A stretch of 64,000 nt of DNA from a virus: IMG/VR virus record IMGVR_UViG_3300010429_002786, one strand, 5' to 3'. Shown here one piece after another: positions 45,183 through 54,830 of the stretch (positions are counted from its first letter, which is position 1; each line of letters opens with the position of its first letter). Made by a program: the position numbers and the translations under genes. The notes under the pieces were generated by a model that did not search any database, was not told where the DNA came from, and saw only the letters and a program-made list of their open reading frames with translations.

Positions 45183-45865
45183 TTCCTCCTCCCGTCCTCA
45201 CCGTCGCTCGAAGCGCCCCCCGCGCCCCCCGCGCCCCCAGCGATCGGCTGGATGAACGCAAAGCGCCCCCCGCGCTTCGGCGCAGCCGGCTCCTTCGCCT
45301 CCCTCGACACCGATGGCCGCCTCTCCGAGTCTTGCGTCCGCTGCTTGGAAAAGGCCGTGATGAGCGCCGGGACGGAGTACACCCCGCGGATCACTCCGCA
45401 GACCTGGCAGCAGATCTGGAACTCCTGCTCCTGCGCGAAGTAGTTGCAGTTGAGCCCGTCGGCCCCCTTCCTCCTGCAGGTCGGGCAGGGCTCCTCGGCG
45501 AGCTTTTTTTGGAGCTCGAGCCAGAGCGAGGTGACCTCTGCTTCGCTGGCCCGGCCTGCGATGTTCGTGGGCTTGCGAATCAGGTCGATATCGCGGGCCA
45601 GCAGCTCGCTGGACAGCAGCTTCTCCTCATTGAAGACTGCTTGCGTGCGCTTGGCGGCCTGCGGCGCCCACTCTCCGCGCATCAGCAGCCCAGTCGGCAC
45701 CTCATCGACGTTGGCCCCGCAGTCACCGCAGTAGGCGAGGATCGCGTTCTTCTGTGAGTCGAACTCCGTGCGCACTCCGAGGCTCGAGCAGACCGGGCAG
45801 AACTGGCTCCTCCAGCCAGCAGCGACCATGGCTCTCATCTGTTTGATCGATAGGGTCTTCGACAT
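45179..45865 (-). CDS. Protein with two Zn-ribbon motifs
   Basis: CPVC/CGDC and CPTC/CQVC pairs; preceded by GGAGAACATCC. Confidence 0.65.
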   Translation of the reverse strand: MSKTLSIKQMRAMVAAGWRSQFCPVCSSLGVRTEFDSQKNAILAYCGDCGANVDEVPTGLLMRGEWAPQAAKRTQAVFNEEKLLSSELLARDIDLIRKPTNIAGRASEAEVTSLWLELQKKLAEEPCPTCRRKGADGLNCNYFAQEQEFQICCQVCGVIRGVYSVPALITAFSKQRTQDSERRPSVSREAKEPAAPKRGGRFAFIQPIAGGAGGAGGASSDGEDGRRK

Positions 45866-46181
45866 GCGATTGGATGTTCTCCTTCCGGGATGGCTCGCGC
45901 GCGAGCGCGCTACGTCTCGCAGATCGTGATGGCGAGCTCGGTGCGCTTCGCTGCGCATGGCTCACTCCTCGTGTCCGTAGCGAAGGCGCAAGCCCGTCCC
46001 GCGCCACGGGTGGTCGGACTGCCTTCGGCGGTCGCGCACCGAGACGGCGAGACGTCCGATCTTCACCCAGTAGTAGCCGGGTGGACCTGCCAGTCGGCGT
46101 TGTTGCCCTCGGCGAAGCAGGCCTCGCACAGCCAGCTCAGGGCGAAGAACTTCTCGGGCTCGTGCTCGGGATCGTACTTGC

Positions 46182-46427
46182 TCATGGCTGTCGCCTCGCC
46201 TTGCGCCAGGCCTGGTAGGCCTGCCCGTCGTAGCGGTCTCCGGTGTAGCCCTTGGGCCTGTAGCTCTCGCCGAACTTGTCCCAGCTCTCCTGGTCCCAGA
46301 AGGCGGTGCATACGTCCGGCGCCCTGGTCGGCCAGGCACAGTGCTTGATCACCTGGTTGGCTTGCCTGGCCTCGGCTGCCTGGTTGCGGGTCGTCTGGCG
46401 GTACTCCTCGTCGGACACGTAGCGCAT
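46182..46427 (-). CDS. Hypothetical protein
   Basis: 81 aa with GGAGG RBS. Confidence 0.5.
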   Translation of the reverse strand: MRYVSDEEYRQTTRNQAAEARQANQVIKHCAWPTRAPDVCTAFWDQESWDKFGESYRPKGYTGDRYDGQAYQAWRKARRQP

Positions 46428-46512
46428 CAGTCCCACTTGACCTCCGCGCGGTACCAGTCGCGGCTCCAGCGATCGGGGCGGGGATTCCTGACGTTGCGTC
46501 GAAGGAGGAACA

Positions 46513-47196
46513 TCAGCGGCCCCCCTCTCCCATGCCCCCGCCGGCCGTGCCTGCCATGCTATCGAAGTCTCCACCTCCTGTCAACAGCGAAGAAACCCAG
46601 ATGGAGTAGCCCTCGAGCATGCGCGAGTGGGCCTGCGCCGTGAGGACCACCTCGCGGACCATGCGGTCGAGCGGCGTGGTCCCGGGGTACTCGAGGTGCA
46701 GCGTATCGGGTAGCGCCTCGGCGATCGCCCGAGCGACAGCTAGCCCGTGGAGGTCTCCCTTGCCGGCGAGCTTGTCGAGGAGTTCCCATCCGAGCGCCTC
46801 GGCCTTCGCGACGAGCGTGAAGACGTAGGTCAGGTTCGAGATCGGCTTCGAGACGCCGGCCCGCGCGATGCGGTCGAGCGCCTCGGGCACCGAGATGTTA
46901 TCCATGGCGAGGTCGGTATCCGCGCTGAAGGCTATCAGCGCTTCGTTGGTCAGCACCTCCTGCGCGACGGCGACGAGGGTGTGCTCCGGGTCGGCGTGCC
47001 GCTGCGCGAGGTTGTGGTAGAGCTCCTGCGCCTCGAAGCGCACGTGCTGCAGCTTCGTGCGAACGAGCGGGTTATCGAAGTCAGGTGGCTCGAGCGAGAG
47101 CTGCGCTGTCTCCTCGAGGGTGACAAGCCGGTAGCTCGTGTGCGCGCCGAGCAGCGCCGCGATGCGCTGCTCAACGTCGAGCGGCAGTGTTCTCAT
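46513..47196 (-). CDS. Hypothetical protein
   Basis: 'MRTLPLDVEQ...' preceded by the variant motif GGAGAGCATCC. Confidence 0.65.
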   Translation of the reverse strand: MRTLPLDVEQRIAALLGAHTSYRLVTLEETAQLSLEPPDFDNPLVRTKLQHVRFEAQELYHNLAQRHADPEHTLVAVAQEVLTNEALIAFSADTDLAMDNISVPEALDRIARAGVSKPISNLTYVFTLVAKAEALGWELLDKLAGKGDLHGLAVARAIAEALPDTLHLEYPGTTPLDRMVREVVLTAQAHSRMLEGYSIWVSSLLTGGGDFDSMAGTAGGGMGEGGR

Positions 47197-47240
47197 GGAT
47201 GCTCTCCCTATGCGGCGCGGAGCGGCGCTGCGCTGCGAGG

Positions 47241-47879
47241 CTACTTGGCCGCGACCGTCGGTGACTTGAGCCCCTTGCGCATGATGGCGCGGAGCTCCTC
47301 GGCGTGGTCGGGGTCGCGCGAGATCGTCTCGCGCAGCACCGCGAAGGACCCGCTCCTCATGCGGGTGATGTTCTTGATCGAGAGCCCGTCGGGGAGCTGC
47401 ACGCCGCTCGACTGCCACTCCTTGAGCCGCTCGGCGAGCCAGGCGACCCAGGCTCCCCGCAGCGTCACGATCTGCAGGTGCTCGACGAGCTGCAGCGCCT
47501 CGAGGTCGTAGCCGATCGCCGCGGCCGCGGCGAGGTCGTCCTCGGAGAGCTGCGTCAGGTTGCCCTCGGACTCGGGCGAGCAAGCCGAGACGAGCAGGTG
47601 CCCACCAGCACCGTCGGGGAACTGCACCCGCGCCGTGTTCTCCGGCGCGCGTCCGAGCACCTCCTCGGCGAGCGCGCGGAACTTCTCCTTGATCGCGTCG
47701 ACCTCGCGCTCGAGCTGCTTCATGTAGCGCAGCTTGGCCTCGGCCTCCTCGACCGCCTTCTCGTGCCCGGCGACGACGAGCGTGCCTGCCTTGTTCGGGA
47801 TGGGCACCGACACGGCGAGCTCCTGCGGCTGGGCTCTGCCGGCTCCACTCGATCCACTCGATCCACTCTTCTTCGCCAT
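47241..47879 (-). CDS. Hypothetical protein
   Basis: 212 aa with GGAGGAGG RBS. Confidence 0.7.
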   Translation of the reverse strand: MAKKSGSSGSSGAGRAQPQELAVSVPIPNKAGTLVVAGHEKAVEEAEAKLRYMKQLEREVDAIKEKFRALAEEVLGRAPENTARVQFPDGAGGHLLVSACSPESEGNLTQLSEDDLAAAAAIGYDLEALQLVEHLQIVTLRGAWVAWLAERLKEWQSSGVQLPDGLSIKNITRMRSGSFAVLRETISRDPDHAEELRAIMRKGLKSPTVAAK

Positions 47880-47880
47880 G

Positions 47881-48315
47881 TTACACCTCCTCCATGCTCG
47901 CGTAGGTCTCGAGCAGCTTGTCCGCGTCGATGCAGGGGCCGAGCACGGTCGCGAGCTGCCGGGCTCTCTCGATCAGGTGCAGCGACTTGACCCCCTTGAT
48001 GCCGCGCGTTCTCTGCAGCGGCTGCAGCGTCAGGATGATGAGGTCGAGCAGCATCTTCTTGCAGGCGCCCTGCGGCACGCGCATCAGCTCCTCGAGCTCG
48101 CGCGAGAGCCGGATCGCGTCCACCGCATCTGGCGAAGGCACGCGCTCGAGCGCCTCGGCGAGGATGATGCACTTGCTGATCTCGGCGTCCGCCGGCCAGC
48201 CGAACGTGCAGAGGGGACCGTCGGCGAGGCGACGCGCCTCGAGCGCGTTGTGCACGACGAACTCCCAGTTGCCCTTGTCGGGCCCCTGCACCAGCTCCAC
48301 GACGACGCTCAGCAT
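47881..48315 (-). CDS. Hypothetical protein
   Basis: 144 aa with GGAGG RBS and TGATG overlap. Confidence 0.6.
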   Translation of the reverse strand: MLSVVVELVQGPDKGNWEFVVHNALEARRLADGPLCTFGWPADAEISKCIILAEALERVPSPDAVDAIRLSRELEELMRVPQGACKKMLLDLIILTLQPLQRTRGIKGVKSLHLIERARQLATVLGPCIDADKLLETYASMEEV

Positions 48316-48680
48316 CACTTCACCTCCGCGAGATCTTCGCTCCGCTCGACGATGCTCTGCAGCTTCTGAAGCATGTCCGCGTCGAAGTGAATGACTCCGT
48401 TGCGCCGCTTCCAGCCATCGACGGTCTTCTCGAACTTGGTGACGGCGAGGTGCATGAGGCTCCTGCCGGCTTCCTTGCGCTCGCCGCAAAGGCGATGAAA
48501 CGAGACGTCGCGGTAGGTGTAGGCGATGGTCGCGATGCGCGCCCCCTTCTGCAGCACGACGCGCTCGATGATACGCCGCTCGAAGAGCGCTCCAGACACG
48601 CCGAGGGGGATCGCCTCGAGCGTTGGGTAGCCTCTGCGGCCTTCGGTCATGATGCCTTCGGTCATGATGTTCTCCGGCAT
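48315..48680 (-). CDS. Hypothetical protein
   Basis: 121 aa with AAGGAG RBS. Confidence 0.6.
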   Translation of the reverse strand: MPENIMTEGIMTEGRRGYPTLEAIPLGVSGALFERRIIERVVLQKGARIATIAYTYRDVSFHRLCGERKEAGRSLMHLAVTKFEKTVDGWKRRNGVIHFDADMLQKLQSIVERSEDLAEVK

Positions 48681-48683
48681 GGG

Positions 48684-49376
48684 TTATCGATGCTCCTTGA
48701 AGGTTACCTTCGCCACGCGGCTCTTGTCCGCGGTGAAGCACTTGCGGCAGCTCCTGCAGGTGACGCCCTTGCGGAGCTGCTTCTGACAGTTGAGCGGCCC
48801 GTCGCCTGGCGCGCCCTTGACGTAGGCGTAGTGTTTGAGGCCGAGCTCGGCCCACTGCGCATCGGCGGCTGGGTCGGTCGTCGAAGGGTCGGCGGAGAGC
48901 CAGACGTGCACGTTAGGCAGCGACTGTAGGTCCGCGAGGTGCATCAACACCTCGGTCGAGACGCCGGCGCGCCAGAGCTTGGTGAAGAGGAAGAACTGCA
49001 TCGTCGGCACGTTGGTAGCTATCTGGGTGATGCGCTTCAGGTACTCGAGCGAGTAGATGTCACCCGAGGATTGAAATCGCATCGCCTCGTAGTCGGACAG
49101 GCTCCAGAGCTGGAGCTCAGCTGACATCCGCTCGACGAAGTCGGGTGCCTTCGACAGCTCGAGCCTACGCGCGAGCGAGGCTCTCGTCGAGGGGCAGCAG
49201 AACTTGCCGTACTGGCAGTAGCCCTTGCCCTTCTCCACGCCGTTGCCGTAGCACCAGGTGGAGGCGCCGAGGCACGTCCCGCCGATCGAGGGGGGCCCGG
49301 GCGGCAGGTTGTAGCAGGGCAGGTCGAGCGCCTTGACGAGGGTGCACATCAGCTTCAGTGGGCAGCTCCAGCTCAT
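48684..49376 (-). CDS. GP88-like (radical-SAM-related) protein
   Basis: 'NLPPG...TC.GA...C......C', 'RFQSSGDIYS', 'F.LFTK', 'N..VWLSAD', 'C..Q....C..C..CF' and 'F.EH'. Confidence 0.75.
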   Translation of the reverse strand: MSWSCPLKLMCTLVKALDLPCYNLPPGPPSIGGTCLGASTWCYGNGVEKGKGYCQYGKFCCPSTRASLARRLELSKAPDFVERMSAELQLWSLSDYEAMRFQSSGDIYSLEYLKRITQIATNVPTMQFFLFTKLWRAGVSTEVLMHLADLQSLPNVHVWLSADPSTTDPAADAQWAELGLKHYAYVKGAPGDGPLNCQKQLRKGVTCRSCRKCFTADKSRVAKVTFKEHR

Positions 49377-49843
49377 TCGCGCACCTCCGCGGTGAGCTCG
49401 AGCTCCTTGCGGGCGTCCTCGGGGATCTTCTGCAGCAGGTCCATCGCCTGGAGCAGCCGCACGATGCGGCGGGCAACCTTCGGCTGCATCTTCAGGGTGA
49501 TCAGGTAGCCACCGAGCAGGGCCTCCTTGAGCTTCACGAAGGTCTCCAGCGTGCAGGAGACGTAGCGGCCGCTCTCCTGCGTCTCGCTCTCGGGCTCGTC
49601 GATCTCGAAGTCGACGGCGTAGCTGCCGAGGCGCGCGACGAGGTGGGCGGCGATCTGCAGCGGCTGGCTCTCGTGGAGCAGCATCAGGCCGTCCTCGCCG
49701 CTCGCCGGGTCGGCGCGCAGCTGCATCGACTGGTCGGCCACGGCGATGCGCCAGCGCCCGTCGATCTCTCCCCCGAAGAAGCAGAGGTCCCCCCGGGTCA
49801 TCACGAGCGGCTTCCAGGGCTTGGTGAGCAAGTTCATCGGCAT
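49373..49843 (-). CDS. Hypothetical protein
   Basis: 156 aa, preceded by GGAGAACATCC. Confidence 0.7.
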   Translation of the reverse strand: MPMNLLTKPWKPLVMTRGDLCFFGGEIDGRWRIAVADQSMQLRADPASGEDGLMLLHESQPLQIAAHLVARLGSYAVDFEIDEPESETQESGRYVSCTLETFVKLKEALLGGYLITLKMQPKVARRIVRLLQAMDLLQKIPEDARKELELTAEVRE

Positions 49844-49873
49844 CGGATGTTCTCCTCTCGACTCGAGAAATCG

Positions 49874-49903
49874 TTGTCAGAACAACACCGTGTGACGTAG
49901 GCT
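49874..49903 (+). promoter_or_regulatory. Possible sigma70-like promoter TTGTCA-N18-TAGGCT
   Basis: In the divergent gap upstream of the lone plus-strand gene. Confidence 0.35.
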
Positions 49904-49971
49904 TGGATCGACCATCGACCATCGACCAATACGCAACCAGGACTCAACCAGGACTCAGGAGATCTGCGGAC

Positions 49972-50685
49972 ATGGCAACCATCAAGGAAGACTTCGGCTC
50001 CGGCCTCCAGAACCTCATCCCGAACGGCGCCGGCGGCTCCCCCGATCTGGCCACCGCGCTCCGCGACATCGCCGACGACCTCACCGCCCGCTCGGCGGTC
50101 GCAGCCCCCGCCCCCACGGCCGCTGTCGAGGCGGACGTCTCCCAGACCTACGGGCAGGTGGACGGGCTCATCACCGGCGCGCCGACCACCCCGAGCAGCC
50201 AGGCGGTCGACCCCGGGGGGTTCTCCGACTGGAACGTCAACATCTCCGCTGGCTTCGGCTTCGCCAACGCCGTCGGCAAGTACAACGCGGCTCAGGTCGA
50301 CGTCAACATCTCGACCGGCGCCAAGATCCTCAACATCGGCCAGGCCATGTACGCCTGGCTGGTCTGGGCAGAGGCCGGCGGCGTCGTCACCCAGACAATC
50401 GTCCTCGGCACGGCGGCCGTCTCGGGCGCCGAGACCATCCCGAACGACGCGGCTATCACGGCCGGCGTCGGCCACGCCCGCTGGTTCAAGCTGGCTCTCT
50501 GCCACGCTCATCGCTCCGCTGACGCCGTCATCACCACCACGCAGGACCCGAGCTACATGCTCAAGTGGGCCGGCGCCGCGGCTCCGCTCGTGAACGAGCT
50601 CAAGACCAAGTTCAACATCGCCGTCACGCTCCTCACCGAGCTCCGCACTCAGTCCGCCACGGCCCTCAAGACCATCAAGGGCTGA
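49972..50685 (+). CDS. Putative virion decoration/structural protein, a lone plus-strand gene in the early region
   Basis: Ala/Gly/Thr-rich with strongly biased codons, AGGAG RBS and a downstream hairpin. Confidence 0.55.
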   Translation: MATIKEDFGSGLQNLIPNGAGGSPDLATALRDIADDLTARSAVAAPAPTAAVEADVSQTYGQVDGLITGAPTTPSSQAVDPGGFSDWNVNISAGFGFANAVGKYNAAQVDVNISTGAKILNIGQAMYAWLVWAEAGGVVTQTIVLGTAAVSGAETIPNDAAITAGVGHARWFKLALCHAHRSADAVITTTQDPSYMLKWAGAAAPLVNELKTKFNIAVTLLTELRTQSATALKTIKG

Positions 50686-50700
50686 GCCACTTCGTGGCTC
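50684..50700. terminator. Hairpin GAGCCAC-TTC-GTGGCTC between convergent genes
   Basis: Perfect 7-bp stem at the stop codon; no U-tract. Confidence 0.4.
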
Positions 50701-50753
50701 AGCCCTCGAGCGACTGAGGGCCGCAGCACTCGTGGCCCCTTCGGCTTCTCCCT

Positions 50754-50957
50754 CTACTCCTCCGGCTCCTCCTCGAGCGAGTCGAAGTCGCACTGCTCAC
50801 TGATCTGGAGCAGCGCCTCCTCGCGCCGCGAGACGGGCACGAACTTCCAGAGCACGTAGGCGACCTGCTGCAGGTCGCCGACCTCCATGTCGGGCTCGCT
50901 CTGCTCTCCGTGCAGCGTGGCTGCCGAGAGCACGTCCTCGATCGTGCGGATGTTCAT
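50754..50957 (-). CDS. Small acidic hypothetical protein
   Basis: 67 aa with GAGGAG RBS. Confidence 0.6.
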   Translation of the reverse strand: MNIRTIEDVLSAATLHGEQSEPDMEVGDLQQVAYVLWKFVPVSRREEALLQISEQCDFDSLEEEPEE

Positions 50958-51271
50958 GGCTTCTCCTCCTCGGTCTCCGCTGGCAGCCCGACGATGCCGA
51001 GCAGCTCCTCGATCGTGCCCTCTCTGCCGTCGGGAGCGATCACCGCCTTCGGCACCGGCGGCTTGGGCTTGCGCACGTTTCGATCACCGGGCCCCTCCCA
51101 GATGAGGTAGTGCTCGAGCTCCGCTACCGGAATCGTGCACTCGAAGCGCTCGTGGAAGCTCCAGATCCCCGCGCACTTGTGCGAGGTGAGCCGATAGGCC
51201 CCCATGTCATCGGCGAGTACCGGCACGAGCTGCCCGCACGTGCAGCGCATCAGGTCGAGGTAGAACTTCAT
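50954..51271 (-). CDS. Hypothetical protein
   Basis: 105 aa with GGAGG RBS. Confidence 0.6.
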   Translation of the reverse strand: MKFYLDLMRCTCGQLVPVLADDMGAYRLTSHKCAGIWSFHERFECTIPVAELEHYLIWEGPGDRNVRKPKPPVPKAVIAPDGREGTIEELLGIVGLPAETEEEKP

Positions 51272-51273
51272 CG

Positions 51274-52671
51274 CTATCCCTCCGATCCGGAAGCGGCCAT
51301 CGAGGAGAAGCGGCTGCCGCTCTGCACGCTGCCATCGTCACTCACCGAGACGCCGCTCGAGACGTCGGGCTGCAGCCCCGCGAAGCGGCTGCGCGAGAGC
51401 GACTCGCGCGCGGCCTCGATCTCGACCGGGGCGGCGTAGGAGAGCGCCGCCATGCGGGCTGCGTTGATGGGCCCGTAGGTGATGAGCTGCGAGACCTCCT
51501 CGAACTCGAGCTCCTTCTTCTCGAGCGAGCTCTTGATGAAGGTGGCTTGCTGGCGGACGCTGTCGACCGCTGCACCGAGGAGCTTGGCCTCCTTCTCGGG
51601 CAGCACCGGGATGATGGTCTTCGCGCTGGCGGCGACCTCGCGCATCCGCTTGACGTCGCACGCCGCGAGGGCGGACTGCATGTCCTCGAGCGTCTTCTGC
51701 AGCGTGTAGGCCATGTCCCGGGCGGCTTGCTCGACATCCGAGGTGAGCGCGGCCCGGAGCTGCGAGACCCGCACGTGGTGGTGCACGGCGGTCTGGTTGA
51801 ACTCCGAGGCGCGGGTCTTGACCGCAAGGAGCGCCTCCTCGAGCTGGGCATCCTTGTCCTTCGGGACGAGCAGCACGCCGCTGTGGAGCGTCTTGCCGAG
51901 GCCGCGCAGCGACGAGCGGAGCTTGCTCGCGAGCTCGACGGCTCGCTGGTACTCCGCGGGGTCGGTGACCGTCTTCTTGGAGGTGCGGACCTCCTCCCTG
52001 ATGATGAGGCCCTCACCGGCATCGAGGAGCGAGGACTCCCCGCCGAGCGTCTCGTAGCGCACGTCGCCGAGCACCGAGACCTCCTGCACGACGATCGTGC
52101 AGGGCGGCAGCGCGAGCAGCGGCTTGACCGCCCGCAGATCCCGCGCCGCAGGCTCGGCCGCAGGCTCGGCCGCAGCCTTCGGCGCAGGCTCCATGGGGGG
52201 CACCTTCGCCGCGGGCGAATCGGGCACGTCGATCTTCGAGCTCGAGCTCCCCAGGCTTGCGGCCTGCGGCAGGCTGAGCGCCGCGGCAGGCGGGAAAGCA
52301 CGGGCCGCAGGCTGCGCTGCCGCAGCCGCGACCGCAGCCGCTGCCGCCGATGCTGCTGCCGCTGCCTTCGGTGGGGGCACGGCCTGCGGGGGAAGCTGGC
52401 TGGGCCGCGCGGGCGGCAGCGACAGCGGCGGCGACTCCTGCCTGGCGGCGCTCTTGGCGGCGCTCTCGGCCTTCTTCAGGATGGCGCCCTTGGCGATGAG
52501 GCGCTGCATGGTGATCGGGTCGGGCACGAGCCAGGCCTGCACCTCGCCGTCCCAGATGCAGCCGGCCTCGCGCATCTGGGCGTTCGGCACCTGCCCCATC
52601 GCCAGCATGAGGCCGGCTGCCCTACGGCGCATGCGCTCGTTGCCCCCACTGAAGCTCTTCTTGTCGCTCAT
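51274..52671 (-). CDS. DUF3150-like helical protein with Pro/Ala-rich linker (AAA ATPase partner)
   Basis: 'V...SV.G.V.Y', 'T...V.DP.EY.RA....SK.RS' and 'G.LL.P......L......A.EFN' match a recalled family found next to Ycf46-like AAA genes. Confidence 0.55.
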   Translation of the reverse strand: MSDKKSFSGGNERMRRRAAGLMLAMGQVPNAQMREAGCIWDGEVQAWLVPDPITMQRLIAKGAILKKAESAAKSAARQESPPLSLPPARPSQLPPQAVPPPKAAAAASAAAAAVAAAAAQPAARAFPPAAALSLPQAASLGSSSSKIDVPDSPAAKVPPMEPAPKAAAEPAAEPAARDLRAVKPLLALPPCTIVVQEVSVLGDVRYETLGGESSLLDAGEGLIIREEVRTSKKTVTDPAEYQRAVELASKLRSSLRGLGKTLHSGVLLVPKDKDAQLEEALLAVKTRASEFNQTAVHHHVRVSQLRAALTSDVEQAARDMAYTLQKTLEDMQSALAACDVKRMREVAASAKTIIPVLPEKEAKLLGAAVDSVRQQATFIKSSLEKKELEFEEVSQLITYGPINAARMAALSYAAPVEIEAARESLSRSRFAGLQPDVSSGVSVSDDGSVQSGSRFSSMAASGSEG

Positions 52672-52707
52672 CGGATGTTCTCCTCTCTGCTGTCTGCTGG
52701 CTGCTGT

Positions 52708-53106
52708 CTACTTCTCGGCGTCGGCGAGCACCTGCTGCCGTGCGTCCCACAGGCTCTGCAGAACCCTCGCGCAGGCCCGAAGGTTGCTCTCTACCAGGCT
52801 GAAGAGCTGGCTCCAGCTCGTGCCGTAGGCCGAGCAGATGAACCAGGGCAGCCACGAGTTCTGCTCGCAGTAGGTGCGCTCGGTGATGTCGCGCGCGGCC
52901 GCGATCGCGGCAGTGAGCCGGGTCCCGAAGTCGAGCCGATCGTCGATCTGGTAGTCGACATCGGGCTGAGCGCAGGACTTGAGCGTCCCCTTGACCTGCA
53001 CCCGGTCGCCGGTCGAGAGGTACTCCTGCCCGGCTCTCTCGATGGTCAGGATGTAAGGAACGTTGCCGATCTTGAGGGTGATCTCGCGCTTGGTCTCGGT
53101 GTTCAT
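52708..53106 (-). CDS. Hypothetical protein
   Basis: 132 aa 'MNTETKREITL...' preceded by AAGGAGAACGAC. Confidence 0.6.
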   Translation of the reverse strand: MNTETKREITLKIGNVPYILTIERAGQEYLSTGDRVQVKGTLKSCAQPDVDYQIDDRLDFGTRLTAAIAAARDITERTYCEQNSWLPWFICSAYGTSWSQLFSLVESNLRACARVLQSLWDARQQVLADAEK

Positions 53107-53129
53107 GTCGTTCTCCTTGTCTTCCTTCC

Positions 53130-54767
53130 TCAGTTGCCGCTGCCGATGCCCGCGAAGCGGGACTTGGTTTCCTCCGTCTGCGTCGGAGGCTTGGATGCCG
53201 GGATGGCTCTGCCGGCCGCCTTGCGCTGCCGCTCGATCTTGTCGGGCTCGGCGCGCGAGAGCGGCACCGTCTCGCGGATGGCCTCGACGAGGTGCTGGAC
53301 CCGCAGTCCCCCACCGGCGGCGTAGGCGCGGAAGAGCGCGTCCTCGATCGTGCCCTCGATCTCGGCTGCCGAGAAGCCCTCCATGGCCTGGGCGAGCTCC
53401 TGGATGGGGTAGGCGCCGGGCTCGCGCCCGCGCTTCTTGAGGTGGTACGAGAGCACCTGCATGCGCTCCTCGAGGTGCGGCAGGTCGATGAAGAAGACCG
53501 CGTCGAAGCGCCCCTTGCGCAGCAGCTCCGCCGGCAGCGACTCGAGGGAGTTGCAGGTCATGTAGATGAAGACGCCCTCCTGCGACTCCTGCATGAAGTT
53601 GAGGAGCGTCGCGAGCTGCCTGTCGGCAACGCCGCCATCGCTGCCGCCCCCGGCTCCCGCGCCGGCGAGCGCCTTCTCCCCCTCGTCGATGCGCAGCACG
53701 CAGGGCGCGTTGGCCCTCGCGACCTCGAGCGTGCGGAGCAGGTTCTGCTCGCTCTCTCCGAGGTACTTGGAGCCGATCGCTGCCATCGACATCTCGAGGA
53801 GCGGCATGCCCCACGCCGCGGCGATCGCGCCGGCGGCGTAGCTCTTTCCGCACCCGCTCACGCCCGCGGCGACGATGCCGCGCGGACGGGTCAGACCGTA
53901 GTCGACCGCCTCCTGGCTGAAGGCGCAGGCCCGGGCCTTGAGCCAGCTCTTGAGGTTCTCGAGCCCACCGACGGAGGCGAGCCCGCCAGGCAGCGGCTCC
54001 TTCCAGCCGAGCTTGCCGCTCTTGGCGAGGTTCTGCTTCTTGGCCGCGAGCATGAACTCGCGATCGATCTTCGAGAGCGTGGTGAGCGAGAGCGCCACCG
54101 CGTTCGCGAACTCCTCGAGCGTCAGCCCCCGGCCGGCTTCGGCGACCGAGCGCAGGAGCTCCTCGACCTCGTCCTCCGAGGTCGGCATGTCGGTCTTGAG
54201 CTCGGTCGGCACGTCCGTGAGGGACGCCCGCGCGGCCTGCACGAGGTCATCGACCGAGGGCAGGCCCCAGTCGATGACGGAGATGCGCGAGGCGAGCTCC
54301 TCGGGGATGACCCTCTTGGCTCCGAGGAGCACGAGGGTCTGCAGCCCGGACCAGGCCTCGAGCGCGAAGGACAGGCCCTTGAGCTGGCGCACGAGGAAGG
54401 CGGCTCCGCTGCCGACGACCTCGCGGTCCATGTACGGATGGAAGTCGAGCATCACCCAGAGCGTCTGCTTGCCGCTCCTCTGCGAGAGCGCATCCGAGAT
54501 GGCCGAGAGCGCCTCGTCGGGGTTTCGCGCTGGCGGCAGCCCCTCGACGGGCTTGCGATCTCCGGAATGAAACCCGAGGTCGCTCGACCAGTAGACGGGC
54601 CGCATCTTGAGCGAGACGGCGAGACGCCCGAGCTCTTTCAGGGGCCGCTCCTCCTCGGCGCTCAGGACGGAGATGAGCGGGTACTTGGCCTGGATGAGAC
54701 CCCGAATCTGGGCGGGCGCGGGCTTCGCTGCGAGGGGAGCCTTCGGCGTGGACGGTGACGTCGGCAT
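53130..54767 (-). CDS. Ycf46-like AAA+ ATPase
   Basis: Degenerate N-terminal ATPase ('YPLI.V.S.EE.R', 'LDFHPY'), then 'VGGLENLK.WL', 'GVSGCGKS', 'YLGESE', 'IDEGEK' and 'LPAELLRKGRFD'. Confidence 0.92.
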   Translation of the reverse strand: MPTSPSTPKAPLAAKPAPAQIRGLIQAKYPLISVLSAEEERPLKELGRLAVSLKMRPVYWSSDLGFHSGDRKPVEGLPPARNPDEALSAISDALSQRSGKQTLWVMLDFHPYMDREVVGSGAAFLVRQLKGLSFALEAWSGLQTLVLLGAKRVIPEELASRISVIDWGLPSVDDLVQAARASLTDVPTELKTDMPTSEDEVEELLRSVAEAGRGLTLEEFANAVALSLTTLSKIDREFMLAAKKQNLAKSGKLGWKEPLPGGLASVGGLENLKSWLKARACAFSQEAVDYGLTRPRGIVAAGVSGCGKSYAAGAIAAAWGMPLLEMSMAAIGSKYLGESEQNLLRTLEVARANAPCVLRIDEGEKALAGAGAGGGSDGGVADRQLATLLNFMQESQEGVFIYMTCNSLESLPAELLRKGRFDAVFFIDLPHLEERMQVLSYHLKKRGREPGAYPIQELAQAMEGFSAAEIEGTIEDALFRAYAAGGGLRVQHLVEAIRETVPLSRAEPDKIERQRKAAGRAIPASKPPTQTEETKSRFAGIGSGN

Positions 54768-54830
54768 CGGATGTTCTCCTTCTCCTAGCTAGATGGCTAG
54801 GTGGCTAGGTGGCTAGCTACTGAAAGATGC

